From an uncultured Gemmatimonadaceae bacterium (GTDB lineage Bacteria; Gemmatimonadota; Gemmatimonadetes; Gemmatimonadales; Gemmatimonadaceae), in assembly GCA_963740355.1 (NCBI GenBank), contig CAVUDW010000004.1:1-64000 (forward strand): a stretch of 64,000 nt of DNA, in the 5' to 3' direction. The notes beneath the pieces are model-generated. The model ran no database searches and was not told the origin of the DNA. It was given only the letters and a program-made list of their open reading frames with translations. How positions within the stretch are numbered: the stretch's first letter is position 1; the number at the start of each line of letters is the position of its first letter. This document shows positions 1 through 10,321 of the stretch, in pieces. A program made the translations under genes and the position numbers.

Positions 1-37
1 TTATGAGTCCGCTGCTCTACCGCTGAGCTACTGGCCC
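1..37 (-). tRNA. tRNA with CAT anticodon, probably tRNA-Ile2 (lysidine); 3' half lies outside the window
   Basis: Reverse complement GGGCCAG-TA-GCTCAGCGGTAGAGC-A-GCGGA-CT-CAT-AA. C4/C5 in the acceptor stem and no initiator GGG anticodon stem favour Ile2 over Met. Confidence 0.85.
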
Positions 38-64
38 CCGATCGACAAAAATGCCTGCGCGGTC

Positions 65-73
65 AAGATAGCA
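65..73 (-). promoter_or_regulatory. Possible extended -10 promoter (TGcTATCTT) for the tRNA
   Basis: TGn-TATCTT on the minus strand about 28 nt upstream of the tRNA 5' end. Confidence 0.35.
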
Positions 74-78
74 CGGCC

Positions 79-2806
79 CTACTTGTTCGCGTCCAGAATC
101 GCCTTGCGTTGGAGCCATGTCTGGCCCTCGGTGATCCACGTCGGTGCCGCCTCACCCTTCAGGTAGTGGGCGAACCACTGCAGGATCCGCCGCTCGTAGT
201 CGATCGCGTTCTCCCGCTTGCCCAGCCCGTGACCTTCGCCGGGGTAGAGCAGCAACACGGCATCCTTGCCCGCCCGGCGGGCATAGTTGTAGAACAGGAC
301 GCCCTGACGCATGTCCACCACCGGGTCTTCGCCGCCAATCTCCATCAGGATGCTCTTCGCCGGCATGACGTGCACCTTGTCGAGCGGCGAATTCCGCGTC
401 ATGGCCGTCGTATCCTCCCATGGCGGCACCTGCATCCGGAACTGACCGGTCTCCCAATGGCTGAACTCGGCCACCGAGCTCCAGTGCATCTGGCCGGCGA
501 AGCTGATCATGTCACTGATCCCGGCGCCCGCCACGGCCGTCTTGAACAGCGTGCTGTGTGTGGCGAGGTAGTACGCCTCGTACCCGCCCTGTGAGTGGCC
601 GCAGTGCCCGATGTTCGCCGGGTCCACGAGCCCGCGAGCAATGACGGACTGTACGGCGGGTTCGACCGAGTGCAGCACGGCAATACCAGGCTCGCGAGGA
701 CGGAACACGATGTCGGGCTTCAAGACGAAGTAGCCGTTCTGCGTGAAGACGTTCGCGTTGTAGTAGTCGGTCTCACGCGGCGTCACGTACCGATGCAGCT
801 CCTGCGAGAGCAGCTCGTACGTGTAGACGATCATCGGATACTTCTTCGATGGATCGTAGTTGGCCGGATAGTACAGGATCGCCTGCAACGGCGTGCCGAT
901 GGTACTGGTGTACGACATCAGTTCGGCCTTGCCCCACGCGTAATCCTTCTGGAACGGATTGGTCTCGGTCCAGCGCTGGCCATCGGCGAGTGTGGCACCA
1001 GCGAGAAAAATGTTCGGCGACTCGACGAAGCTCTGGCGGGTGTACGCATACCGGTCGGTGCTGTCAGCCTTCATCAGGCCGCTGATGGCGACATCCGCCA
1101 ACAGCAAGCGCTGCACCGTGCCATTCGGCATCAGGCGCGCGTAGCCGCTCTGTTTCGTCTTCTTGCCGTACAGCCCCAGAAACAGTGGCTTGCTCAAGTC
1201 TGCCGCACGCTCGGCTTCCGTCGCGTCGTTGGCCGCCAGCGAGACCACACGATGGACGACACCACTGGCCGCGCCATCGGTGAGTCGACGCGGTGCTGCG
1301 CCACTGACGGGGAGCGCCCAGACATCGTAGCCACTGTTCACCAACAGGATGCTGCCGTCACGCGTCCACGTCGGCCGTCCGATCGGGCCGAGCACATCGA
1401 CCGGGTGGTCGTCGTCACGATCGATGAAGTCGACACCCTTCGCGGTCCGAAGCGCTGCGGTGAGGTTCGTGCGCACACCACTCGCGACGTCGATCACCCA
1501 GTAGTCGAGTCCATCAAACCACGGCAACCGCGCGCCAGTGGGATCGGCCGCGAACAGGTAGCGCACCTTGGTGAGCAACTTCTTTCGAGCGCCTGACGTG
1601 ATGTCGATCGCCCAGATGTCTTCGTCTGGCCGACCGAACTTCTGCCCCCAGGCGTACGCCGACTCATCGGTCTCGGTGGCAAAGCGATCACCGCCCAGCA
1701 CCGTGGTGCCTCTGCGCCGCATCGGAGCCGATGGGCACGACGCGACCGTCAGCGATGTGCCATGCGGCAAGCACCGTGCTGCGCAGGTCACGTTGTTCGT
1801 CCGAACGCTGCTCCGGGATGAGGCGGATGTCGTTCGTATGCCAGATCTCGACGTCGGAGACTTTTTCGCTCCCCTTCTTGATGGCGGCCGCGATCGTCTC
1901 GCGCTTCTTCACGCCGAAATACAGGATACGACCATCGCGAGACCACGAAGGCCGGCGGTAGTCGGTGATACGATTGGCCGCGGGAAACCCGGATGCCACG
2001 GCGGCATCGAGAGTTCGGGGCTTGCTTGCGGGGGAACCCGCGTCAGCCCAGGCCAGAACTACATGCGCCGTATCGACGAAGTCCTTCTGCACGTCGCTCC
2101 GAAGTACGGCGAGGTCGGTTGACTTCGGTCGCCACGAGACGGCACGATACAGGTTCGCTGACGACTCGAGGACTCGGGTGGTGGCGTTCGATCCGTCGAA
2201 CAATTGCACGCTGTTTCCCGCGCTGCCCTCCGTCGTGACGCTGACCGCCAGCAGCGGCTTCGCCTCGCTCCACGCATGTTCCTGCACATTGCTGAAGGAC
2301 CAGCGCGTGCTCGTGGCCAGTTCGATCACGATCACGTCGTTGGTCTTCTTGCCTTCTGCAGAATACTTGCTGACAGACACGAACCCGCCGGAGCGGTTGA
2401 AGTTGAACGACTGTACATCCGAGATCGCGACGGTCTGGCCACTGGCGAGGTTCCGCAGAGCAAACGACGTGCGCACCGGCTTCTTGTCCTTCAGTCGCTG
2501 ATCACGCTCCGTTGGCGACACACCAACGAGATAGGCCAGCCACCTCGAGTCCGGCGAGAACGCTGCGCCGGTCGCGTACGGGATGGCCGTGGTCGAGTCG
2601 CGCAGACTGCCGCGGAGGCGCAGTTCGTTCTCTTCATTGCCACGGGTCACCGCGTAGGCGAGCCAGGCCCCATTGGGTGCAAGGCGACTCGCGCCGAGCG
2701 ATTCCCATTTGCCAAGGTCATCCCGCGTCAGCACGGGCTTCGTTTGCGCCAGCGATGTGGCGAGCGGCGTCGTGCAGAGCGCGAAGAGAACGAGGCGACG
2801 AAGCAT
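79..2806 (-). pseudogene. Secreted S9 (prolyl oligopeptidase/acylaminoacyl peptidase-like) serine peptidase, split by a frameshift near 1711
   Basis: ORF 1688..2806 has a signal peptide and beta-propeller. ORF 79..1791 has GHSQGG, EDPVV and EGHG catalytic motifs. Removing one base (CAG-A-GGC) fuses them into about 908 aa. Confidence 0.85.
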
Positions 2807-2906
2807 CAGGGCGTGTGTAGGGAGTCGGGTGGCCGACGACTCCCGAACTTACCACCAGCCTCTGCCACCCGCGCGGCACGCGCGCGGGGCTGACAGACAT
2901 GTCAGG

Positions 2907-4460
2907 TCAGAACAGCGACGTCTTCATCCGGGCCCAGGACGGCTCGAAGCCGAAGCGGAGCCGCCCCTCGAATCGCGTTTTGGTCGCGCCGGCCACTCGC
3001 AGGTCGTTGTGGCTACGATTGACGCCGGCGTCGGCCGTGATTTCGGCGCTCCGACCTACGCGCACTGCGCCGCTGGCCGCCAGACGGAGCGTCTTCACCA
3101 CGACGCCTTCGAAGATCGTCGGCCACGTGTTGCGATCACCGATCGCGGGGTAGGGCTCTCGATAGTCACCGGCACCCTGCCGTCGGTAGGCGACGTAGAC
3201 GCGAATCGGCGCCGGCAGGATCGGCCCCACATCGATGCCGGCCTTCACCTCGTCGAAGTCGCTGTTGGTCTGGCCAAGACCAACCGTGCGGCTGGTATAT
3301 CGCTCGAATCGGTCTGGCGCACGATAGGTGAGGGACGTGACTCGCGTGTAGCTCGCGAAGCCGCGGGTGCCGCCGGCCAATGGGATACCGTCGGTCGTGA
3401 GCGCCAGCCCGATGCCCGGCGGCTCGCCACACAGGTCACACTTGTCGATCTGGAAGTCGTCGAGATAGACCTGTCCGCCCAGTCGCACTCCGTTCGACGC
3501 CCGCCACAGCGCGTCGGCACCAAACGCGACGTTGATCGGATCACCGTCGCTGTATTGCGTGAGGAAGACAGGCGAGACCGGGTTCGCGAGTGAGGGCTGG
3601 AATCCGCGCGCGACACCACCGTAGATCACGCTCTCGCTGATGCCCGCTTCCACACTGCCGAGCTTCACACCCAGTCGATGTGCGGAGAAGTAGCGCTGGG
3701 CGACGGTGTCGGTCGTGAAGTTGAGGCGTTCATCGTCGAGACGGGCGATGACGGATGACAGGTGCACCTTGTCGGTGCCGAGGCGCAGGTAGAGGTGGTC
3801 GTACGAATAGGCGCCATTGCTTACCATCAGCCCCAATTGCCCCGGCAAGGCCCACGACCGGCCAAGGCGGCCCACCTGCAGCGTGGCGAACCGCGACGAT
3901 GCGCCGATGTAGCCATCTTCGGTGCGTGCGCTCAGCACACGGTCCCGGCGGCCAAAGAACTCCGGGTCGACTCGCATCTGCCGGTCTGCCACGACGCGCA
4001 TGGCACCGGTGAATGGTCCCGACTGCAGTAGCGCACGGACGGTGAATCCTGGCGCGAAGGTGTTGACCCGATCGGACTGCATCAGGTCGCGATTGCCACT
4101 GGTCTGACCCACTGCGTACGCGCCAAGTCCGACGGCGAACACGCCGCTGTCTGCATCGGTGACTGCTGGTGCGTACTTGTTCGCCGCCGCATCGATTGCG
4201 TCGAGCCAGCGCGCGCTGCCATTGCTGCGCAGCTGAGCACGAGCCGCGGTCGTGGCGGTGCGGACTGCGCCGACCGTGTACGGGCGTTCGATGATCGGCA
4301 GGTCGCGGAGCATGCCGCGGGCCTGGAGCGCATCGATGTACTTGTACGCGATGTCATCGAGCGGCAGCAGCGCCCGCTGCGCCTGCGACGTGGTCGTCAA
4401 CGCACCAAGCGCAAGCAAGGCGAGTGCCGCGCGGCGAATCTGTCGCGTCAGCGATGCCAT
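2907..4460 (-). CDS. Outer-membrane capsule assembly Wzi-like beta-barrel protein
   Basis: Signal peptide from MASLTRQ. Segments LQVGRLGRSW..GQLGLMVSN, SAHRL and GISESVIYGG resemble the Wzi family. C-terminal Phe. Confidence 0.65.
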   Translation of the reverse strand: MASLTRQIRRAALALLALGALTTTSQAQRALLPLDDIAYKYIDALQARGMLRDLPIIERPYTVGAVRTATTAARAQLRSNGSARWLDAIDAAANKYAPAVTDADSGVFAVGLGAYAVGQTSGNRDLMQSDRVNTFAPGFTVRALLQSGPFTGAMRVVADRQMRVDPEFFGRRDRVLSARTEDGYIGASSRFATLQVGRLGRSWALPGQLGLMVSNGAYSYDHLYLRLGTDKVHLSSVIARLDDERLNFTTDTVAQRYFSAHRLGVKLGSVEAGISESVIYGGVARGFQPSLANPVSPVFLTQYSDGDPINVAFGADALWRASNGVRLGGQVYLDDFQIDKCDLCGEPPGIGLALTTDGIPLAGGTRGFASYTRVTSLTYRAPDRFERYTSRTVGLGQTNSDFDEVKAGIDVGPILPAPIRVYVAYRRQGAGDYREPYPAIGDRNTWPTIFEGVVVKTLRLAASGAVRVGRSAEITADAGVNRSHNDLRVAGATKTRFEGRLRFGFEPSWARMKTSLF

Positions 4461-5458
4461 GCCACACCTTTCACGCCGCCACTGCGAAATTCGATGGCGG
4501 GCGATGGGAAGTGATAGTGCCGCAATCCCTTCTTGACGGTGACCCACCATGGTGCCTGTCCTGGGAGTTTCAGTGGGTCGATGTCGAGTGACACCAGGAA
4601 CCGACGCTGTGCGCGAATGAAGTCACCGGTCGCTGGATCGACCCAGTCGGTGATCGAATGGCCGAGTGACAGTCGCAGGATGCCGGGCCAGACGCGCTTC
4701 GCAGCGCGCGGCAGCAGCGTGTCGACGTCGACCGATAGCCAGTACGTCTGCCCGCTGTAGTCGACCGTGGGACGCAAGTCGCCGGGGATGGTGCCTGCCC
4801 GCACGTTTTTCAGCGCTTGTGTGCCGGAATACGAGAAGGTCGGCATCACGGCACGCATCGCGGGGATGTACGCGTGCGAGAGCGACAGGCCTTGGCCCAG
4901 CGTGTTGAAGAGCAGGTCCGGCGGAGAGAAGCCGTACTTGGCCTGCTTGCCGTCCCAGATTTCGATCTGCAACTGGAAGGCGGCGGCGTAGGCGACGGCC
5001 CACAGGGTGGCGCGTTTCTCCGGCATGCAGGCCGCTTCCAGCAGCTCACGCCCGCTTTCGCTGAGCAGGTAGCCGCCCAGCATGTGGCCCAGTTTGTCCT
5101 GATCGCGGAATGGGCCGTTCCAGTCGTAGTTCACGTGGAAGGGGGCGCTTTCCCCCGACCACCACGCGCGGCGAAAGTATTCGTAGAGCGCAAGATTTCC
5201 GCCCACAAAAGTGCCGGCAACGACGGACTGTGCGACACGTCGGCCCCGTTTGTCGCCGCTGCACCAGCCGGGCATCTGGCTGTGACTGCCCGACGTGCTA
5301 TCCGGAACCGTGAGCTGGAGCGGGATCGCGTACAGCTTCTGCGCGGTGGAATCGGTCGGCATTCGCAACGCGAGCGCTGGGTCTCCCTGCGCCTGCGCGG
5401 CGGTCGCGATCGAAAATGCACCGGCGAGTGCAATGGCGCGCACTGCAAGCGACATCAC
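4448..5458 (-). CDS. DUF2279/YfiM-like exported protein
   Basis: Signal peptide; DQDKLGH, EIWDG...YGFSPPDLLFNTLG and DYSGQTYWLS motifs typical of DUF2279. Confidence 0.7.
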   Translation of the reverse strand: MMSLAVRAIALAGAFSIATAAQAQGDPALALRMPTDSTAQKLYAIPLQLTVPDSTSGSHSQMPGWCSGDKRGRRVAQSVVAGTFVGGNLALYEYFRRAWWSGESAPFHVNYDWNGPFRDQDKLGHMLGGYLLSESGRELLEAACMPEKRATLWAVAYAAAFQLQIEIWDGKQAKYGFSPPDLLFNTLGQGLSLSHAYIPAMRAVMPTFSYSGTQALKNVRAGTIPGDLRPTVDYSGQTYWLSVDVDTLLPRAAKRVWPGILRLSLGHSITDWVDPATGDFIRAQRRFLVSLDIDPLKLPGQAPWWVTVKKGLRHYHFPSPAIEFRSGGVKGVAWHR

Positions 5459-6450
5459 GTGGTGTAGTGAATGGCGTCGTAGGCCGCGAGCACTTCGGCG
5501 GGCGTGACCGTTGCGGCACCGAGCTTTCCGACTTCGACGCCCGCCGCGTAGTTCGCGATCACGGCCGCTTCACGGGCGTCGGCTCCCGCGGCCAGCATCA
5601 GCGCCAGGTACGCCGTCACGGTATCACCAGCACCCACCACATCGTACACCTCGCGGGCCGTCGTCGGGATACGGGTGATCTCACCGCCGCGCGAAACGAG
5701 CGCCATGCCGTGCTCACTGAGCGTCAGCAGGAGATGCTCGACGTCGAGACGTTGCAGCGTTGCTGGTAGCGCAGCCGGATGCGCGAGATCCACAGCCGCA
5801 CCCAGCGCCTGCTCCAGCTCACGACGATTCGGCTTGAAAACGGTGGCACCCCGATAGCTGAAGAAATTGCGGAACTTGGGGTCTACCACCACGGGCACAT
5901 TTCGTTCCCGCGCCAGTGCAATCGTCTTCTCGATGACAACCGGTACCAGCACACCCTTGTTGTAATCCTCGAGGATCACCGCATCGGCCGTGGCGAGCGC
6001 GTCCGTGAGTGTGGCTACCACCCGTTCGACATCGTCCGCCAGGAGATCGGAATCTTCCTCTTCGTCGAAACGCAGCAGCTGTTGTGACCGTGCCACGAGT
6101 CGTGTCTTGGTGGTGGTGGGTCGATCGACGGTCACCAGTGCATCCGTCGCACCACCCAGCCCGTGCAGCAAGCCGCGGAGTCGCTCACCCGCGATATCCT
6201 TGCCGACGGCTGCGACCAACGCACACTGCGCGTCGACCGCCAGCACATTCTGGGCAACATTGGCTGCGCCGCCAAGTGCGTCGCGGCGTTCGCGGACACG
6301 CACCACCGGCACAGGGGCTTCGGGCGAGATCCGCTCCACGTCGCCGCGGAGATAGACGTCGAGCATGGCGTCGCCGACGACGACGACACGTCGGCCGCGT
6401 GCGGCCGCGAGCAACATCGCGAGGCGGTCGCGTGAGATCGGTGCTAGCAT
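5455..6450 (-). CDS. hldA: D-glycero-beta-D-manno-heptose-7-phosphate kinase (stand-alone RfaE domain I)
   Basis: VGDAMLDVY..GDVERISPEAPVPV, DYNKG, DPK and VYDVVGAGDTV PfkB motifs. Confidence 0.92.
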   Translation of the reverse strand: MLAPISRDRLAMLLAAARGRRVVVVGDAMLDVYLRGDVERISPEAPVPVVRVRERRDALGGAANVAQNVLAVDAQCALVAAVGKDIAGERLRGLLHGLGGATDALVTVDRPTTTKTRLVARSQQLLRFDEEEDSDLLADDVERVVATLTDALATADAVILEDYNKGVLVPVVIEKTIALARERNVPVVVDPKFRNFFSYRGATVFKPNRRELEQALGAAVDLAHPAALPATLQRLDVEHLLLTLSEHGMALVSRGGEITRIPTTAREVYDVVGAGDTVTAYLALMLAAGADAREAAVIANYAAGVEVGKLGAATVTPAEVLAAYDAIHYTT

Positions 6451-6529
6451 ATCGGGGTGAAGCTACTCTTTGCCCGGGTTGCCGGGCAACGCGAATCGTG
6501 GCTCGTGACGCTCCCCCTTACCCATCGCC

Positions 6530-7315
6530 GTGCGACGTTTCGTCCAGACCGCACTGTTATCGCTGCAGGATGTGCTGCTCCTGACCTGGCAGGCCGTCCG
6601 CGCGCTGCCGGGCGGGCGAGGGGCCGGTGCGCGATTGCTGGCCCAGTTGGATGCCGTCGGGGTCAAGTCGGTGCCCATTGTGCTCCTGACCGGCCTTTTC
6701 ACCGGAATGGTCCTCGCACTGCAGGCGTCCGTCCAATTGGCGCCATTCGGTGCCACTCTCTTCGTGGGACGCTTTGTCGCGGCGTCGATGCTGCGTGAAC
6801 TTGGCCCGGTATTGTCCGGAATCATGGTCGCCGGTCGAGTGGGTGCCGGCATCGCTGCGGAGCTCGGATCGATGAAGGTCACCGAGCAGCTCGACGCGCT
6901 CGAGACGCTGGGCGCCGAACCCGTGCGCGTGCTCGTGCTGCCTCGTGTGCTCGCGTCGGCCCTCGCCGTGCCGCTGCTGGCGCTGATTGCCGATGCTGCG
7001 GGTCTGGCTGGCGCCGCGTTGGTCTCGTCAGCGTACCTCGGCGTTCCCCTTCGTGCCTTCTGGGGGGCGGCGATCGATCAGATCACGCTCGATGGCTTCG
7101 TATTCGGCATGATCCCGTCCGACCTCGTGCAGGGGCTCGTGAAGCCACTGGTCTTCGGCGTGATTCTCTCCGTGCTGGCCTGTTACCATGGCTTGCGAGC
7201 CAGCGGCGGAACTGCGGGCGTGGGCATCGCGACCACGCGAGCGGTCGTCAGCGCCAGCATAACGATCCTGATTGCGGACTACTTTTTGACACAGCTCCTG
7301 CTCGCATTGGTCTGA
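6530..7315 (+). CDS. mlaE: MlaE-family ABC permease
   Basis: LRELGPVL..GRVGAGIAAELGSMKVTEQLDAL and GVGIATTRAVV motifs. Confidence 0.92.
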   Translation: MRRFVQTALLSLQDVLLLTWQAVRALPGGRGAGARLLAQLDAVGVKSVPIVLLTGLFTGMVLALQASVQLAPFGATLFVGRFVAASMLRELGPVLSGIMVAGRVGAGIAAELGSMKVTEQLDALETLGAEPVRVLVLPRVLASALAVPLLALIADAAGLAGAALVSSAYLGVPLRAFWGAAIDQITLDGFVFGMIPSDLVQGLVKPLVFGVILSVLACYHGLRASGGTAGVGIATTRAVVSASITILIADYFLTQLLLALV

Positions 7316-7425
7316 AGGGAGTTCCGTCATCAGGCTCCGCGTCCGTACTAAGTCAGCCACAGAAATTCGCGTCACCGATCATCGCCGCTCGTTCCTGCCT
7401 CGTCTCACCAGACTCTTTCATCCGA

Positions 7426-8166
7426 ATGCCTGCTGCGCCCGCCGTTGAGCTCGAGCATGTGTCGGTCGCCTTTCAGCGGCCGGTGCTCCGCGACGTGTCG
7501 CTGACGGTCGCCACGGCAGAGATGCTCGCGGTGGTCGGGGAGTCCGGCACCGGCAAGTCGACGCTCCTTCGCCTCGTGCTTGGGTTGCAGCGCCCGGATG
7601 CGGGACAAGTACGCGTCATGGGCAAGGATATCGCCACGATCGATGCGCGCGAATTGCGCGCACTGCGCAGCAAGGTCGGCATGGTGTTTCAGGGTGCGGC
7701 ATTGTTCGACTCGTTGTCGACCTTCGAGAATGTGGCGTTTGGCCTGCGTGAGTTAGGTGGGCTGAGCGAATCCGACATCCGGCTGCGCGTGTTCGAGACA
7801 TTGCGTCTCGTCGATCTCGATCCTGAGCAGGTGTCGCCGACCCTGCCGGCTGAACTCTCTGGCGGTATGCGGAAACGTGTCGGGATCGCCCGTGCTGTGG
7901 CGCCACGTCCTGCCATGCTGCTCTACGACGAGCCGACGGCAGGCCTCGATCCACTCAGCAGTGAAACGGTCGCGGCGCTGATGCAGCGGCTGCAACAGGA
8001 ACTTCATGTCACGAGTATCGTCGTGTCACACGATGTGCGCGCCATGATGCGCATCGCCGACAGGATCGCGCTGCTGAAGGATGGCACCTTCGCCTTCCTC
8101 GGCGCGCCTGAGGCGATGCGTGCGAGTGACGAGCCGTACACGCAGTCATTCCTGGCGGCCGCGTGA
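7426..8166 (+). CDS. mlaF: MlaF-family ABC ATPase
   Basis: Walker A GESGTGKS, FQGAALFDSL, LSGGMRKR and YDEPTAGLDP. Confidence 0.92.
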   Translation: MPAAPAVELEHVSVAFQRPVLRDVSLTVATAEMLAVVGESGTGKSTLLRLVLGLQRPDAGQVRVMGKDIATIDARELRALRSKVGMVFQGAALFDSLSTFENVAFGLRELGGLSESDIRLRVFETLRLVDLDPEQVSPTLPAELSGGMRKRVGIARAVAPRPAMLLYDEPTAGLDPLSSETVAALMQRLQQELHVTSIVVSHDVRAMMRIADRIALLKDGTFAFLGAPEAMRASDEPYTQSFLAAA

Positions 8167-9149
8167 GCTTGCGTCCCGAGCCAGGCGAAATGCGCTGGAT
8201 GCAGCTGCGTGTCGGCGTCTTTGCCGCAGTGGTGCTGGCGCTGATCGTGTTCATGATCCTGCGGCTCGACGCGCTAGGCTCAGTATTCAGTCGGCCAGCC
8301 GAGTTCACGGTCCGCCTCGCCGATGGCCTCGGCCTTCGCGAGGGCAGTCAGGTGACGGTGGCCGGGTTGCCAGCAGGGATCGTGGCGCGGCTGTCGGTCG
8401 AATCCGTGCACCACGACTCCGCGACGGTGGTTGCTGCGCGGGTCAGGATGAACGCCGAACAGTTCGCATTGCTGCGCCGCGATACACGCAGCCGAGTGCG
8501 AGCCTTGGGGTTGCTGGGGGACCGGTTGCTCGATTTTACGCCGGGGACACCGAGTCAACCTGCACTCACGTCGCGTGACACGCTCGACGTCGAATCGTTC
8601 GCGGAGCTTGGTGATCTCTTCTCGGCGGCGGACACCGCGCTCCGCGCCGTCACGGCAGTGAGCGGGGACTTGCGCGTCGTGGCCGCGAAACTGAAGAAGG
8701 GTGAAGGTACCGTCGGCCGCCTGTTCACCGACGCGGCACTCTACGACACGCTCCTTCGCACCGTGCGTCGCGCGGATCAGGTGTTGACGCAGGTCCAGAG
8801 CGGGCGGGGAACACTCGGCCGATTGCTGCGCGACACTACCCTGTACGGTAGCGTCACCAATGCGGCGGTCGCGCTCGACAGCGCGGCGTCACTGCTCAAC
8901 GATCGTGACGGTGTCATCGCACGCGTGCAGCGCGATACCGCGTTCTACGCTCGCCTGCGGCGCGCCACGGTCGGTGTCGATTCGCTCGTCCGCGGCCTGA
9001 ACGCAGGCAAGGGAACTGCAGGCCAGCTACTGGTGGAACGCGAGCTCTACGACCGATTGCTGAAGGTGACCGCCGCACTCGACAGTCTCGCCGCCGACGT
9101 GCGCCGCAATCCGTCGCGCTACACGAAGGGCGCCGTCCGGATCTTCTGA
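8163..9149 (+). CDS. mlaD: MlaD/MCE-family protein
   Basis: N-terminal TM helix, MCE domain (GLREGSQVTVAG, GLLGD) and helical GEGTVGRL repeats. Confidence 0.88.
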   Translation: MSLRPEPGEMRWMQLRVGVFAAVVLALIVFMILRLDALGSVFSRPAEFTVRLADGLGLREGSQVTVAGLPAGIVARLSVESVHHDSATVVAARVRMNAEQFALLRRDTRSRVRALGLLGDRLLDFTPGTPSQPALTSRDTLDVESFAELGDLFSAADTALRAVTAVSGDLRVVAAKLKKGEGTVGRLFTDAALYDTLLRTVRRADQVLTQVQSGRGTLGRLLRDTTLYGSVTNAAVALDSAASLLNDRDGVIARVQRDTAFYARLRRATVGVDSLVRGLNAGKGTAGQLLVERELYDRLLKVTAALDSLAADVRRNPSRYTKGAVRIF

Positions 9150-9152
9150 GAG

Positions 9153-10130
9153 ATGCCCGCCACCCTCGCTGCTCGTGACGCGGACGACGCGCCCACCCGA
9201 TTCAGCGCTGGCCTCGTGCTGGCCCTGGCCGTCTTCGGCATCTCGTGGGCCGCCCCCCTGATCCGGATGTCGAGCGCGCCGCCGTTGGTGATTGCCGGTT
9301 GGCGTCTCGTGATTGCCGAATCCGTGCTCTTGCTCGCACTTGTCTGGCGCGGTGAGTGGCGCGCGTGGAGAACGATCTCACGACGTGACCACCTGATCGC
9401 TGCCGGCGCGGGCGGCATGCTGGCGCTGCACTTCTGGAGCTGGAACGCGTCGCTCGCCTACACGACCGTGGCGGCCTCCGTCGTGCTGGTGAACCTGCAA
9501 CCCGCGATCGTCGCCGCCGGATCGGTGCTGCTGTTGCGCGAAGTGGCGACGCGCCGCCAGGTGCTCGGTCTTACGGTCGGCATCGCGGGGGCACTCCTGG
9601 TGGCGGTGCCCGCAATTCTCGGCAGCGCGCCGTCAGCCGGCCTCGCGACCTCCGCGCCGTTCGACCTGCCCCCGCGAATTTTCGGCGACCTGCTGGCACT
9701 GATCGGTGCCGTCACCGCCGCGCTCTACTACCTGGCCGGCCGACGACTGCGGGCAAAGCTGGACCTGGTGCCGTACGTCTCGCTGGTCTACGGCTGGTGC
9801 ACCGTGGCCATCTTCGGGCTCATCCTCGCCCGCGGTGACCGCCTCGGTCCGTACGGCCTGACGGATTGGGGCATCTTCGCCGGCCTTGCCGCAGGCCCGA
9901 TGCTGCTCGGCCACACGGGGATGAACTGGGCGCTCAAGCACCTCCCGGCCCACGTGGTGAACCTCACCGTGCTCGGCGAACCGGTCGGCGCATCTCTCCT
10001 CGCAATGATGATCCCCGCAATCAGCGAGCGTCCGGACCTGTGGACGATTGCCGGTGGAATCCTGATCCTCGCGGGCGCGATCTGGGCCCTCGGCAGCCCC
10101 GGAAACGAGGACGAGTCGAGGGAGATGTGA
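9153..10130 (+). CDS. DMT/EamA family transporter
   Basis: About 10 hydrophobic segments; GDLLAL, GHT..NWALK and LGEPVGA motifs. Confidence 0.88.
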   Translation: MPATLAARDADDAPTRFSAGLVLALAVFGISWAAPLIRMSSAPPLVIAGWRLVIAESVLLLALVWRGEWRAWRTISRRDHLIAAGAGGMLALHFWSWNASLAYTTVAASVVLVNLQPAIVAAGSVLLLREVATRRQVLGLTVGIAGALLVAVPAILGSAPSAGLATSAPFDLPPRIFGDLLALIGAVTAALYYLAGRRLRAKLDLVPYVSLVYGWCTVAIFGLILARGDRLGPYGLTDWGIFAGLAAGPMLLGHTGMNWALKHLPAHVVNLTVLGEPVGASLLAMMIPAISERPDLWTIAGGILILAGAIWALGSPGNEDESREM

Positions 10131-10321
10131 GGGGGGAGTAGCTTTCAGGGGCATGTCCTGATCCCTGAGCGCCTCGGCGACGTCCTCGCGCGACGAGGAT
10201 GCTCACCCCTGATATCGCCGCCGCGACCAGATCCTCGTGACTCGGCTTCCCCGCTAGTGGGGCGGCTGCCTCACGGAAATCTCGCCTGCTGCGTGATTCT
10301 GGACCGATAGGCGACTTTCTG

